DNA from: an uncultured Chloroflexia bacterium
Lineage (GTDB): Bacteria; Chloroflexota; Anaerolineae; Anaerolineales; Villigracilaceae
Length of the DNA stretch: 64,000 nt
Direction of reading: 5' to 3'
NCBI GenBank assembly: GCA_963793795.1
Contig: CAWCBN010000010.1
Coordinates: forward strand, 345,200-409,199
The position numbers and the translations under genes are program-made. Shown piece after piece: positions 38,483 to 50,880 of the stretch. The notes beneath the pieces were generated by a model, which saw only the letters and a program-made list of their open reading frames with translations, had not been told where the DNA came from and did no database searches. Numbering within the stretch: the stretch's first letter is position 1; each line of letters begins with the position of its first letter.

Positions 38483-38718
38483 TTTCCTTCTCTTTCTTTC
38501 CCTTGTATCTCATGGTCGAAGACTTCGCCAATATTCACTCCGAATGCATCAGCGATGCGAAAAGCAAGCTCGAGTGAAGGCGAATACTTCCCGGCTTCCA
38601 CGGCGAGGATCGTCTGCCTGGAAACGCCAGCTTTCTCCGCAAGTTCCGCCTGGGTCATTTCATTCGTAAAGAAGCGCAGTTTCCGAATGTTGTTCGTCAC
38701 GATGATTTTTCTACCCAT
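38479..38718 (-). CDS. XRE-family helix-turn-helix transcriptional regulator
   Basis: MGRKIIVTNNIRKLRFFTNEMTQAELAEKAGVSRQTILAVEAGKYSPSLELAFRIADAFGVNIGEVF, a classic Cro/C1 HTH. The start overlaps the upstream gene end by 8 nt. Confidence 0.85.
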   Translation of the reverse strand: MGRKIIVTNNIRKLRFFTNEMTQAELAEKAGVSRQTILAVEAGKYSPSLELAFRIADAFGVNIGEVFDHEIQGKEREGK

Positions 38719-39217
38719 GGGCGATGCCCTTTCTGTAAAAATACAATTGGGTAATCCCTTCAAGAATTGAACCGGTGCTGAAGGAAAGGAACATGATATT
38801 GAGCATCACCGATGTGGAATAATCCATGACCAGGTATATGAGTGCGGTAACAAATCCGATCCCGGCGATAAAGAAACCGACTCGCATGGATTTCAACTCG
38901 ATCAACTTATCCATTTCATCTTCCACCATCTCCGCCCCTATTGATCGCTCGATATCCTTGTCTTCACAGTTTTCATCCTGGATTTTCTTCTTCACAGCAA
39001 TTGCTATCGAGAGCAATATGTGAAATATGATCTGGATGATGATGGATGCCGCAATCCCAATCCCAATGAAAACCAAGATGGTGCGTGCCCAGAATTTGAG
39101 ATCGTCGGCCGCCACTGCGCCTGCATTAACACGACCAAATGCATAAATGCAATAGGCGGTGATGATCAATGCCCCCGTTATGATACTTACTACCGTTCGT
39201 TTTTCCTGGTATGACAT
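38711..39217 (-). CDS. Small multi-pass membrane protein paired with the XRE regulator (DUF2178-like?)
   Basis: 168-aa ORF with four hydrophobic segments (VVSIITGALIITAYCIYAF, ILVFIGIGIAASIIIQIIFHILLSIAIAV, VGFFIAGIGFVTALIYLV, MLNIMFLSFSTGSIL). Membrane-protein plus short XRE pairs are common. Confidence 0.6.
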   Translation of the reverse strand: MSYQEKRTVVSIITGALIITAYCIYAFGRVNAGAVAADDLKFWARTILVFIGIGIAASIIIQIIFHILLSIAIAVKKKIQDENCEDKDIERSIGAEMVEDEMDKLIELKSMRVGFFIAGIGFVTALIYLVMDYSTSVMLNIMFLSFSTGSILEGITQLYFYRKGIAHG

Positions 39218-39405
39218 GGTTCGTTCTCCTTTGTATGTAAACTAGAATAAACAAATAGTATCATATATTTTACATAATGTCAAGTATTCTTTACATTGTA
39301 CAAGATCAATTCATGACCAGCCAGGTGAAATACTTGAGCAAATCCTCCTGATCATGCAACAAGTCTTCGCACAGGAACCGCACCTCCCAGTGTTATACTT
39401 CGTCC

Positions 39406-40018
39406 ATGCTTATTGGTCTCTTTGGCGGGACATTCGATCCGCCCCACCTGGGACACCTGGCTCTCAGCCGGGCAGCACAGACCGGGCTCGAGCTCGACCG
39501 CCTGTTGTGGCTGCTCACCCCAAATCCACCGCACAAGCGCGGGCGTGCCATCACCCCACTCCATCCACCGCTTGGCAATGGTGGAAATCGCCCTCGACGG
39601 ACAACCTTTCGAACTCTCCCGCTTGGATATTGACCGCCCCGCGCCACACTACGCCTTGGATACCGTCAGGTTATTGGCAGAACAGGTCCCCGAGGCGAAG
39701 ATCATTTACCTGATGGGCAGCGACTCGCTCAATGACCTGCCCAAGTGGCACCAGCCACTGGCATTGATATCTGCCCTTCATTATATTGGTGTGATGCGAC
39801 GTCCCGGAGAAAATCCAGACCTTACGGCCCTTGAGCGGGAGCTTCCCGGCTTGACCGCCAAGGTCCGCTTTGTGGATGCGCCTCCGCTAGCCATCTCCTC
39901 CTCGGATATCCGCTCCCGGGTTAGAAGTGGGGAAACCATTGACCATCTTGTCCCCCCGGGTATTGCTCAATATATCCGTGAACACCAACTGTACCGATCC
40001 CCTCACCACAAATCCTGA
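39406..40018 (+). CDS. nadD: Nicotinate-nucleotide adenylyltransferase, one frameshift
   Basis: MLIGLFGGTFDPPHLGHL (H/TxGH motif)...NPPHK... / IHRLAMVEIAL...LMGSDSLNDLPKWH...ISSSDIRSRV. There is one extra C in CACTCCATCC near 39561; the upstream duplicate fragment lacks it. Confidence 0.9.
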
Positions 40019-40047
40019 TCGATCAAGAAGCCTCAAACCAAAAATCC

Positions 40048-41239
40048 ATGTCCCTCCTCCTCGACGCCCTTTTCAATTCCGTAGCTTACGGTCACTTCAT
40101 CGTAGATGTTCTCAACGGTCAGCGTGCCCTGTTACTCACCTACTGGAGCCAGAGTATGGGGATGACCAATACCAAACTGGCGCTGGTCACCACCATCTAC
40201 ATCTGGGTGGCATCCCTCTCCCAACCCATTTTCGGCTGGTTGACCGACCGCTTCCGCAGGACACGCCTCATGGCTGCCGGCGGCATCCTGTGGATGACCG
40301 CTTTCTTCGTCCTGGCGCTATTCCTGCCCGGGCAGATGGCCATACCCTGCATCATCCTCGGTTCCCTGGGTTCGGCTGCCTTCCATCCTGCCGGCACGAT
40401 GCAAGCCACCCTGCGCGGCAGGATCCTGCTGGCCGGGCGCGAAACAACTTCCACTTCCTGGTTTTTTCTCTTTGGGCAATTCGGTTATTTCCTCGGTCCC
40501 ATCATTGGCGGCCCCCTGCTCCAACAGTTTGGCACGCCCGGATTGATCCTGCTGGCGGCACCTGCGCTGGTGATCGGGTTGAACGCCATGTGGAGGCTGC
40601 GGCATGCCATGCCAGCACCCAAAGCAGATCTTGTTGGAAGCCACGAGCCCCGAAACGCTCTCGGAGCCCGGGAAAGGATCCAACAGGGCACAAATTGCCG
40701 GGAAGGGCTTCATCCTTGCCCTAATCGTCGTTGCCGCCCTGCAGGCGTGGGCGCAGCAGAATATCAACACTTTCCTGCCCAAGTTCCTGAGCGACATCGG
40801 GCAAACTCCCGCGATCTATGGTCTGATGGCTGGTTTATTCATGGGTGGTTCGGCGCTCGGCAACGTGGCGGGTGGAAACCTTGCCGATCGCTTCGGGAGA
40901 CAGCGCGTCGCAACGATCATGCTTGCCTTGGCTGTCATCCCGCTCTTTATCATCTCACAGATCGGATTTTCCCCCTGGCTGTACTTGTTGATCCCACTTT
41001 CCGGAGCGCTGACCGGCGCGGTGCACAGCATCATCGTCGTGTTGGCGCAGCGTCTCCTGCGCGGCGGGATGGCCCTGGCCTCCGGACTCATCCTGGGTTT
41101 CATGTTCTCGTCCGGTGCGCTTGGCACGCTTCTCTCCGGCCCGATCGCGGATCAATGGGGATTCCCCCCGGTCTTCCTACTGACCGCAGGGTTGGCGCTT
41201 ACCGCCTCACTTGTCACCTTGTTTTTAAAAGAGAAATAA
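40048..41239 (+). CDS. MFS transporter, one frameshift
   Basis: The N-terminal half has the GWLTDRFRRTR loop motif. The C-terminal half (ORF 40604..41239) has GGNLADRFGRQR. 12 hydrophobic segments in total. The frame change is between about 40600 and 40700. Confidence 0.85.
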
Positions 41240-41259
41240 GAATAAGCCGGTCCAAGCGA

Positions 41260-42201
41260 TCAGTCCTGCTGGCGGACCAGCAAGCGCTTGAACGCTTCGC
41301 GCCCCCAATGCACCCCACGCAGGTGTTCAAGACGGGAGGCAAAACGAGCCGGCATCAAACCAAATACACGCGGGATCACATCCACGGGGCAGGTGCGATC
41401 CGTTGCCAGGTAATCCATCCAGAAAACAGATGTGGGGAAGCGTGGGAATGAAGCCTCCATAAACATGGTCAAAAGCCGCAGGGAGGGGGTACCCCAGGGG
41501 ATGATCAGGCGGGGCCGGTGGATCACCTCCATAATCGTTTCGACCACCTGGCGCAGGGTCAGCGTCTCTGATCCGCCAACTTCATAAGTCTGGTTCACCA
41601 CGTCCGGGTTGTCCAACGCCCACACCAGGCAGGTCACGATATCCTCCACCCACAACGGCTGGACGAGAGTCTCGCCCTTTGCAGGCAGGGGCAACAGGCC
41701 CGGCGAAATCGCCAGCAGCATGGCCAAGCCGCTGGTGAACATATCCCCGGGTCCAAACAGGATCGACCCGCGGAAGATGGTATAGGCCAGGCCGGATTTG
41801 CGAATGAAATCCTCGGCGATCCCCTTGGCCTTGAGCACCGGGAAACCGGCGGCACGGTCGGCATCCAGGTGGCTCAAGTAGAAGATCCGCTCCACGCGTG
41901 CATCCACCGCGGCCTCGACCAGGTTGCGCGTCCCGTCAATGTCCACAGCCTGCAGGTTGGCGCGCCCGCCTTGCGCTTCCCCACCAGCCAGGTGGTAGAC
42001 CGCATGAACCCCGCGCAGGGCTGCCCGCAAGCCGCGGACATCCCCCAGCCCGGTCACTGCCACTTCCACCGGGACACCAATGGGCAGGTTGGGTGAGCGA
42101 AGCGAAGGGCGCAGTAAAATGCGCACCCGCTGCCCACTCTCAACCAACTGGCGGGTGAGAGCACGGCCAATGAAACCCGTCGCTCCGGTCATCAGGATCA
42201 T
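41260..42201 (-). CDS. NAD(P)-dependent epimerase/dehydratase family (SDR, NDUFA9/NmrA-like) protein
   Basis: MILMTGATGFIGRAL (Rossmann GxxGxxG) chosen as the start. Intact ORF. Confidence 0.8.
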   Translation of the reverse strand: MILMTGATGFIGRALTRQLVESGQRVRILLRPSLRSPNLPIGVPVEVAVTGLGDVRGLRAALRGVHAVYHLAGGEAQGGRANLQAVDIDGTRNLVEAAVDARVERIFYLSHLDADRAAGFPVLKAKGIAEDFIRKSGLAYTIFRGSILFGPGDMFTSGLAMLLAISPGLLPLPAKGETLVQPLWVEDIVTCLVWALDNPDVVNQTYEVGGSETLTLRQVVETIMEVIHRPRLIIPWGTPSLRLLTMFMEASFPRFPTSVFWMDYLATDRTCPVDVIPRVFGLMPARFASRLEHLRGVHWGREAFKRLLVRQQD

Positions 42202-42282
42202 GCAGAGATTATAAAGGTTTCCCCCGCGGCGGGCAATGCGTTCCGGCAACCCGCTCCACCCACACCAGGTGGCGACACTCCC

Positions 42283-44845
42283 CTATGGGACTGCGTAGAC
42301 AACCACATCCCCCGAGCGGAAACCCTCCACGAGGTTGCGCTGGAACTTGATCTCATTAAGATTGTACTCAAGTCGTTCCAGGGTTCCAACCACCACGTAG
42401 CGGATTGCATATTTCTGCAGGATGGATTGAGCCTGCTCCCATTCACCGGCCTGGTACAGCAGGGCAAGGTCACCCCTTCGCCTGTCCTGCTCTTCGAATG
42501 TGCCGCGCCATTGATATTCATGCCACCACCAGCCAATGACCGCAGGCTGACCGGAATATACCGATATCCGTCCATACATCGAATAAGCGTCATTACTGGC
42601 TGCCTCGGCAACAACACCAAGAGGTTGACCAGCCAACCAATCTGCCGCTGCGGCATCATCGGGATACATTTCGTGAAACAGCCTGGCTCCATCCAGCGTC
42701 CAGACAGAGGCAGCGGTGCGCAGGGGAGTCGGGTCGCCAGTGGCACGCGCATTCTCCAATGACTGTACAAAAGCCGGGATTTGGAAGTTGTTCGTCTTGT
42801 TGGGCAGGGCAAAAACGGGGAATGCCACCGCTGCCAGGAGCACCAGGCTCAACCCGCAAGAGTAGATCCATTTCCAAGCCCCGCGCAGTTCATGAAGCAT
42901 CACGGCTGCACCAAAGGCTGCTGACAGGCCCCATAATTGCCAGGCTTGAAAATAGAACTTGAAGACTGTGTTGAGGCGATAACCAAACAAATCACGCAAA
43001 TAGATGAACTCGGGGGCCAGGACGACGATCCCACCAAGAAGAACCAGGAAGAGAACAAAGGAAGAAGGCTGAAGATCGGGAGAAGAGGGGAGTGGGTCGT
43101 CGGGGGAATTTTCAGCATCTTCCAACTCTGGCTGCTTGTTCCCCATGCGGGCAAGGAAAGCCAGGCTGGGAATGAGCAAGGCGAGCAAGGTCAGTAGGCT
43201 GGCGATGGACTGGAGCCGCTTGAGCGAGGCCGCCTTCCAGAAAGGGAACATGTCGGAAAATCCCTGGGAGGCGAGATAATTTGCGCTGAACTCCGGGAGC
43301 CTGATTTGCACCAGCAAGGCAAGCAGCCACGAGAAGATCCATAACAAAAGCGCCACGCCAAGCCCCAGCCCGAGCCCGATCTTCCAGTTCGCAGGAAGTT
43401 TTTCCACCCGCCAAAGATAGGCAAGAAAAGCAAACAACACCAGGAAAAGAGGCCCGAACATCACCCATAGGTGCGCACCCCGCGTGGATGAATCCAGGTT
43501 GGGAAGGATGCCACCCGCCTGGGAAGAGAAGCCGACATAAAAAGGCAGGTAGAAAAGGATGGCAAGCAACCCGAGTGGGATAGCGAAGGCAAACAGGTCT
43601 TTTAACCGCTGCCAGCTCCAACCTGAGGAACGGGCATGCCCGAGCACATAAGCCCCTGTCAAAAGTGCCATGCCAAACAGGATATCCCAGGTGTTCAGGA
43701 AAGCCATGCCGCCCAGGAGCAACGCGCCGAAGAAGAAATGCTGCGGGCTCACCGGAAGGCGGTACCAACGCAAGTTCATCTCTCCCTTCCAGCCACCCAG
43801 GAACAAGTTTAGCGCCGCGGCGGCAAGCAACAGGCCGAACGGCATCGCCAGGACATGCGGGTGCAGGTCGCCCAGCATGTAGGAGAAAGCCGGGAATTCA
43901 TCGATGATCTCGCGCACGTTGCCAGCCAGGTCAGTATCCTGGATGACGCGCGAGTCCTGCCACCACCAGATGTAGCGCGTGGGGGTCCATTGCAGCGGCA
44001 GGGCAGGCGGCTGGTCGAGATGCTTGATCCCCAACCAGGTCCAGAATGCTGATGTTGGCGCCCCTTCAGCAGGGAATTTCCAGAAGAGGCCGCGACTGTG
44101 AAGCACTTCCAGGAAGCCGGCAAAATTGGAGACAAAAAGCAGGAACAGAGGCCCAAGCATGGGTAAGCCAATGGAAGGCTTGTTGGTACCCTGAGCATAT
44201 TTCAGACGCCAGGCTGCCAGAAGGTTGTACACTATGCCGTAGGCGCCGATGAAACTCAGAGCAAAGACAAGCGCGCAGCATCAGGTTGTGCGCCACTGCC
44301 CCGGAAGTGGCAGTGGCTTTTGCCAGCATGGCGGTCATCACATAGCCAAAATAATAGTACGAGATCGAATAGCCTGAAAGCCAGGGGTCGTGCGGAGGGA
44401 AAACAGGGGAGCGCAGGATGGCATTGATGAATGCCAGTTCCATTGTCTTTTCTCCGCCCGCCGTTTCGATGTTCGGATTGGACGCCCGAACGAATGCCCA
44501 GGCAGCAAACACCAGGAAAAAGAGCAATTCCACGGTGATCACGACCCGGGCGTTGGTCTTGATCCAGGACAGGATGGAATTTCCGCGGTTTGCCAGGGAT
44601 TTCCAGAATACGAAGGCGCTCAAGCCGAAAACAAGCAGGAAGGAGAAAAACAATCCGCCGTTATTGTTCTGGATAACGCCCAGGGAGGCCAGGATCCAGA
44701 AAATATATCCCCAGAACAGGAGACTGAGCGCACGCGCCAGGCTGAATCCCCGATCAGCCAGGGCAGGGAAGAGCCGCCATGCCAGCGGAAAGGTGATCCA
44801 GCCGAGGAGGGTGATGAGCAGGTACCAGGCAAAGAAGTGGATCAT
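42283..44845 (-). CDS. DUF2298 (chlor_Arch_YYY) polytopic membrane protein, one frameshift
   Basis: N-terminus MIHFFAWYLLITLLG...GGEKTMELAFINAILRS..FPPHDPWLSGYSISYYYFGY (signature YYY motif). It continues as ...LVFALSFIGAYGIVYNLLAAWRLKY after one extra base near 44270. Highly hydrophobic throughout. Confidence 0.8.
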
Positions 44846-45510
44846 GAAGACCCGTTCCGACCAACTCCTGCACCAGGAGAGGCAGGCGAAAGGAGTTTGA
44901 CCATGCGGAAATAGCCCTTACCGGCTTGTGCAGCACCCTGCCGATAAAACTGGGCGTGGCTGACGTGGTAACCGGTGCGCTCGTAGAGACGCCGGGCGCT
45001 GGTATTGTCCATATCCACGCACAAGGAACAACGGGTAATTTGCAGCCCGAGAGCTTGTTCTTCGGCGAAAGCCAACAGGCGTGATCCAAGCCCGCGTCCC
45101 TGGAATCCCGGCAGGACGGCAACATTGCTCAGGTAATACTCCCCGGGCAGCGCTTCCTTCCCGGGAATGCACAATGCACGCCATACCAGGCGTGCCAGCG
45201 CGGGCAGGCTGAACCAACCTACCAGGGACAACCCGGTCTCCAGGTCCAGCCCGTGAACATCCCCGCCAGGGTAAGAGACCAGGATTCCGGCAGGCATGTT
45301 TTCCAGTTCCAGGATCCAGGCATATCGATAGCTCAGGCGGTTCCTGCCTGGGCTGCAATAAAGGGTGGTGATCGTTTCCATGACCGTCCGCTGCGGTTCA
45401 CTACCGAAGATGTAATCAGCCAGGCACCCCATGGTCTGGTAGAGCAGTTGGGCTGCAATGGGTGCATCATCGGGAAGGGCAGGACGGATCACGATCGTTT
45501 CTTCACTCAT
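44842..45510 (-). CDS. GNAT family N-acetyltransferase
   Basis: VAVLPGFQGRGLGSRLL (acetyl-CoA binding Q/RxxGxG/A) and ARRLYERTGY blocks. Overlaps its neighbours by 4 nt on both sides. Confidence 0.8.
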   Translation of the reverse strand: MSEETIVIRPALPDDAPIAAQLLYQTMGCLADYIFGSEPQRTVMETITTLYCSPGRNRLSYRYAWILELENMPAGILVSYPGGDVHGLDLETGLSLVGWFSLPALARLVWRALCIPGKEALPGEYYLSNVAVLPGFQGRGLGSRLLAFAEEQALGLQITRCSLCVDMDNTSARRLYERTGYHVSHAQFYRQGAAQAGKGYFRMVKLLSPASPGAGVGRNGSS

Positions 45511-45851
45511 GGCAGCGGCAGTTCAAAAGTGCCCTGCGTCCCGGCGGGAAAGTCCAGGACACGGAGCACGGCATCCAAATTTAGAAAGCCATAAATATGG
45601 GGGAATAACTCATCCGCCTTGTCGGTGCCAGGTTCCCAGCGGATATCCGGCTCGACCACGGCAGGATCAATTTCAAGCAGCACCAGTCCGCTTTGACCAC
45701 GATAAAATGCGTTGGCGACGCGCACGACCTGGTCAGAAGTGGAACAATGGATAAATCCCTGGCTGGCCAATGAGTTGGCGCGATAAGCACCCGTTTCCTG
45801 GGCGGCAGCCCAGGCAAGCCGGGTGGTAATGTGGTAGATCAACCTGCTCAT
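45507..45851 (-). CDS. DUF952 domain protein
   Basis: MSRLIYHITTRLAWAAAQETGAYRANSLASQGFIHCST..Q....AN.FY......LVLLEID...V...IRWE......ELFPHIYG.LN..AV matches my recollection of DUF952. Confidence 0.75.
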   Translation of the reverse strand: MSRLIYHITTRLAWAAAQETGAYRANSLASQGFIHCSTSDQVVRVANAFYRGQSGLVLLEIDPAVVEPDIRWEPGTDKADELFPHIYGFLNLDAVLRVLDFPAGTQGTFELPLP

Positions 45852-48800
45852 GGTTGCACCTCGTACAAGACTGTCTCTCCGTCACGGTAAACTTCATTCC
45901 AATAGACGCCGTTGTACTGCTCGAATTTTTCCAGGCCATCCGGGGCTTCAAGCGGGACAGGACCGCTCGGAGCGCCGGGAGCATACTTGGCACGTTCCAA
46001 TTGACCTACGATAATATAACGGACATCGTACTTGTCCAGGAATTTCAGGGCAGAGTCAATCTCGGTCGTTGCATAGAACGAATCCACCTCCAGCCCGCGT
46101 TGGATGACCTGGGTGGAGAAATAGACGCGCTGTTGCTGCTCGTGCCACTGCCAGCCGACCACATCCGGCAAGCCTGTATAAATGGAAAATCGCGCCAACC
46201 AGGTATATTGGACACCTGCCGGAGCAGCCTCAACGATGACCGGCGAACCCTGGACATTCTCCTGCATCCAGCGAATGGCGCGATAATCCTCAGCCGTGCT
46301 GAAGGTGCGCCCGAACTCACCATAGGTGGCATATTGCATATAGCTCATGCTATCCAGGGTGTGCGGGGCTTCAGGGATCCAGCGGTCGCGGATCTTGTCA
46401 GCGCCGCCGATGAGCAGCACCAGCGCCGCGCCGCTGATCAGCAGCGTGGACATCACCTGCCAAAATCCACGCCATCCCGGTAGCCACTTGTGGATCGCGC
46501 CGAGAACCCAGACAAATCCCGCCCCTGCCGGGATCCCTAGCAGGAACCAGGACTGCACGCCAAACTTGTACAGCGTGTTCATCCGCCCCACATCGCCTGC
46601 AACCACGATCAACTCGGCCATCATGGTCAGGAACAACCCGGTGCCGGTCATGAACAACATCAAGCGCTTGACATCCGATAATCCCGGACGGAAGAGCAAC
46701 AGCACTGCCGCCCATACCGCCAGGGGCAGGGCAAGCCACAGGATGGTAACCCCGTTCCATGGGGGTGTCTGGCTGGGGAGCATCACCCATGCCTGTTGAC
46801 CGATGAGCACCAGAATCGCCAGGATCACACCGCTGAGGATGAGTTCGCGGTAGGGGCGCAACTTCTTAAGCGCAGAAACAGGCGTTTCGGCCAGCCATTG
46901 GCGCGTCTCCCACGCCATCCAGGAAACAATGAAGAATAACGGTACCCCCCACTGGGTCAGGTAAATGGAAAGGGGTGTGCGCGGCCCGGTCCATTTACTG
47001 ACCGATGAATAAGCCTGCCCGAACCAGTGGGAGAAGGGTTGGAACATGAGCAGGGAAAGGCCAACCAGGATCGCCAGGGCTCCACCGGTCAACAGCAGGC
47101 GCTTGATGCCATCCGAGAGGGGAAGAGCCAGGCGTTCCGGTTTGCAATAACGCCAGGTTGCATAAGCCAGGGCGAGGATCCCGAAGACGAAGTAAGTGTA
47201 GTAATCCCAGGTGTTGGTTGGTTTCAATGCGCCGATGACCAGTGCACCCAGGAAGAAACCCAGCACGGCATCCGTAGTGCTCTTCCATTGCATCCTGGAT
47301 TGAAGCAGCGAGATCACCCATGCGATCACCAGAACGGCGAGCATGTAGGCGATCATGTGAGCATGCAGGTCGGAATAGAGGAAGGTGAACAGGGGAAATT
47401 CGTAAAAATCACCGTAGGGATAGGGGAAGATGCGCGTGGAGAACCAGTACCAGTCCCCATGGATATAGGGCAGATTCATCCCAGCCAGGGTCAGGAAGAA
47501 TCCTTTCAGCGTCCACCATGTCTTTTCCAACAGGTTGGCGCCTTCGGTAATTCCCCCTGGCGCTCCGTTGCGCTGGAAACCCAGCATGAACATGCGCACG
47601 ATCCCCAGGTTGCCCAGCAGGAGGACTGCCGACGAAGTGCTCGCGCCAGCCAGGATTTTCTGGAAGTGAGTTTTGTACGACCAACCGCCTTCTGGAAGGT
47701 GGGGCCGGATCAGGTTGTAGCCGACAGAGAAGGTGGCGACTCCCAGGATGGCAAAAAGGGTCGGCAGGATGAAGTTGAAGGCAATGGAAGGAACGATGCC
47801 CAGCAATTTAACCGGCGTGGCGACAATGACCGAACCAAAGTAATAATAGTTGATATACCCGCCCGCAAACCAGGCATCATAGGGCGGGAAAGTGGTGCTC
47901 TTTAAAATGGCGTTCAACTGGGCGAAGTTCATCGGACGTTCGCCACCCTTGGATGGATGCCACAGGTCTGGATTGCCGATGCGAATGAACAGGTCAAGCA
48001 GGAAGAAGGCCAGGAAGAGCAATTCCAGGAACAGGTAGAGTTTCCAGCGGCGACCCCACTCATCCTTTAACCCTTCACGCTGGCGCCATGCCTGCCAACC
48101 ACCAAACAGGGCCACACACCCCAGGGCAATGCCAATGGTACCCTTGCTGTAAGGAATCCCCGCTGAACCGGCAAGCCAGGCAAGCCAGGCCCAGAGCAGC
48201 AGTCCGACAATGCGCGCCAGGGGATAACCGCTGTCAGACAGGCCTGGCAGGGCAGCCCGCACCACCGGAAAAGCAAACAAGCCTACCAGGAAGATGACCA
48301 GGTACCAGATCACCAGTCCAAGGTATGGATATTTGTTCTGCAAGGCATCGGTATGGAACAGGTCTGACCATGTTCCGCCTTCCTGCTGCGCCAGGCGTTG
48401 TCCCGCAGGTAGCATCAGGTCCTTATAATCGTCGGCCTGTCCAGGCAGGAGGTATACAACACCACCCAGGTCCACCGACCCGAGGATGGTCTGCACTTTA
48501 AGCGGATCGTAACCGGCATTCTTCTTGAAGATGAGCACCTTGGGGTGATCATAAAAAGTAAAAGCTTCCTCCGCCGGTTGGTCGTTGATCACCAGGGAAC
48601 CCAGCGTGGGGTAATCGGTGAAAGTGGCGACCAGATCGAAGCCAAGCTCCTCCTGGAACATGCCGGGTTCAGCCTCGCGGTAACAGCGGATGATATCCTC
48701 CCCCTTCGGACAGCCAACCAGGGCACGATAATACGCCGTGGTCAATGGATAGCGTTCCGGGAGGCGGGTGATCTGGGCATACTGGTGGTTGGTGGGAATA

Positions 48801-50856
48801 AGGATGTAATCGCCGACATCAAGGATGGATTGGTAGCGAGCCAGCTTGTCGGCGTTGTCTGGCCAGTAGACCTGCAACACTTCTCCCAGGTACAGGCCTC
48901 CAAAACCATCGTACCCGCCCACCCGGAAGGGCAGCGTCCAGTCATAATCCGTTTCGTTGATAAGCACCGATCCGGAAAGGAACATGGACCCGCCGGAAGT
49001 GTCCAGCACCAGGTAAAGCATCTGGCCGCTTGTCAGCGCCACCGGCTGCTCGAAGGTAAAAGTCACCGCTTCGCCGCGCAGCTCATTGATGGGGGTGAAA
49101 TTCCTGCTCACGGAGGCGGTTGCGAGTACCTGCCCGGGCAAGGGATCCGGTCCGGTTGCCAGGCGCAGGGTCAGGGTTTGCAGACCGGAAGCAGTCGTAT
49201 CCATCACGTGCGGCAGGTACACGGAGGTTAAAATACCCTCCTGGTTGGCAATAAATGCCGTTTGAGATGGGACTCCCGCCTGGATTTGGGTGACGGAGGA
49301 AAATGGCAAGGGTTGCTGGTGCGTCGTGCCTTGCGGGGTCAGGATCTGCAGGTTGATCGGGGCTGGTGCGTTGCTGTACAACCAGTTCGACGCGGCGATG
49401 CGCGGCTCGTCACGGGTATAGATGCTGGTGAAGGCATATGCCCAGCCAGCGGTCAGCAACAGGACAACGGTTCCCAAAATAATGGAGGCCAGCCGGTAGA
49501 CCACGGACCACCGACTAAGCCCCTGGATGCGCGCGCCTTTATCCCACAGCCAGGCAAGAAACCAGGCTGCCATCAACGCCAGGAACGGATAGATCGGCAA
49601 CTGGTAGCGCATGGTCGGGTTGTATTGCAGCGACTGCCAGCCGAAGTAGAATGCCGTCCACGACCAGAGCAGCAGGTGCCGGCGCCATTCCCCTTTGAAC
49701 ATGCGCCAAGCCCATCCACAGGAAACCGATCCAGGAGAGGATTCCCAGGGGCAGCCCCAACCCCCAGGTGGTCAGGTTCTCAAACGAATAAAAGTGCGTG
49801 CGGCGCGCCCATTGCAGGTTCCAGGGGATATCGCTGTTGGGGGTGGCCTGCAGGCGTTGTTCGCGGATCTTGTCCAGCCATAATTGGTTGATCCCCAGCC
49901 CATCGAAGGCATAGGGTTGAAAAATGCGGAAGGCAAGGATGGCTATGAATCCACCGGCAAACAGGGCAGCAAGAATCAGCTGCCTTTGCGCGGGAGCCAG
50001 GGGTTGGCCGCGCTTCCAGTAGCGGACCAGGAAGGCCAGCGGCAGGAGCAGGGCCAGCGGGTAGGCATTCAATTTTGACGCCACGGACATGCCATACGCC
50101 AGTCCGAAGAGGATGCTGAAAATAAATTCGCGCTTTTTGATCACCTGCAGCAGGACAGGAGGAGGCTTTCAAATGCCCATCCAAGACCAGGCCATCATTG
50201 GCGATATCTTCTTCTGGATCATATGAAGTTTTTCCCCCAGCGATGATCTCCACGGCAAAATAAGCCGCCAGGATCATGAATGTGACCGCGAAGTTATCTG
50301 TCGTGTAGAAATGCGATTGCTGGATCTGCATCACAGCCAGGGAGGAAAAAATGGCCGCAAGCAGGGCAACGCGCCGGTTGTACAGCCGCGCGGCGACCAG
50401 GTAGAGCAGGAATATCGTCACCAGGTCGGCAACGGCGGACATCTGGCGCCCAAACAGCTTCAAGTCCCCCATCTGCCCGGACCACTGCGCCACGTAGCGG
50501 ACGATGAAGATCGGCAGGGAGCCATAGACATAGGCATTATGACCCCGGTTCTGGGGGTTGAGCGGCGAGCAGGCGGTGTCGAAATATCCGCCCCACTCCA
50601 GGCAATCGGTGAAGGTTTCCGGGTAGGCTGCCCTCCAGGGTTGATTTTCCACTGTGGGAGCAGGTCCCAGTAGATCAGAGGACGTCCCTATCGGCGCAAT
50701 GTCGTAGGTGGTCGAGGTGACCGTCAACTCATCGGGGTGCTGGTGCTGTAATTCCCCCCAGTCGCTGCCGGTAAAGCGCAGCCAGGCCGCAGCGGCCAAC
50801 ACGACCAGGAGCAGGATATCATACAGCCAGGGAAATTTCTCTTTGGATCTAAGCAT
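45848..50856 (-). CDS. Giant (about 1670 aa) polytopic membrane protein: N-terminal GT-C/ArnT-PMT-like region fused to a DUF2298 'YYY' region; two frameshifts
   Basis: Three ORFs (49780..50856, 49539..50144, 45848..49702) join at ...GHLK/PPPVLLQVIKKREF (extra base near 50162) and ...IGFLWMG/WRMFKGEWRRH (extra base near 49709). The C-terminal part contains FPPYDAWFAGGYINYYYFGS. Confidence 0.75.
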
Positions 50857-50880
50857 AGATTTTTATGTGTTCTTCTTTGA

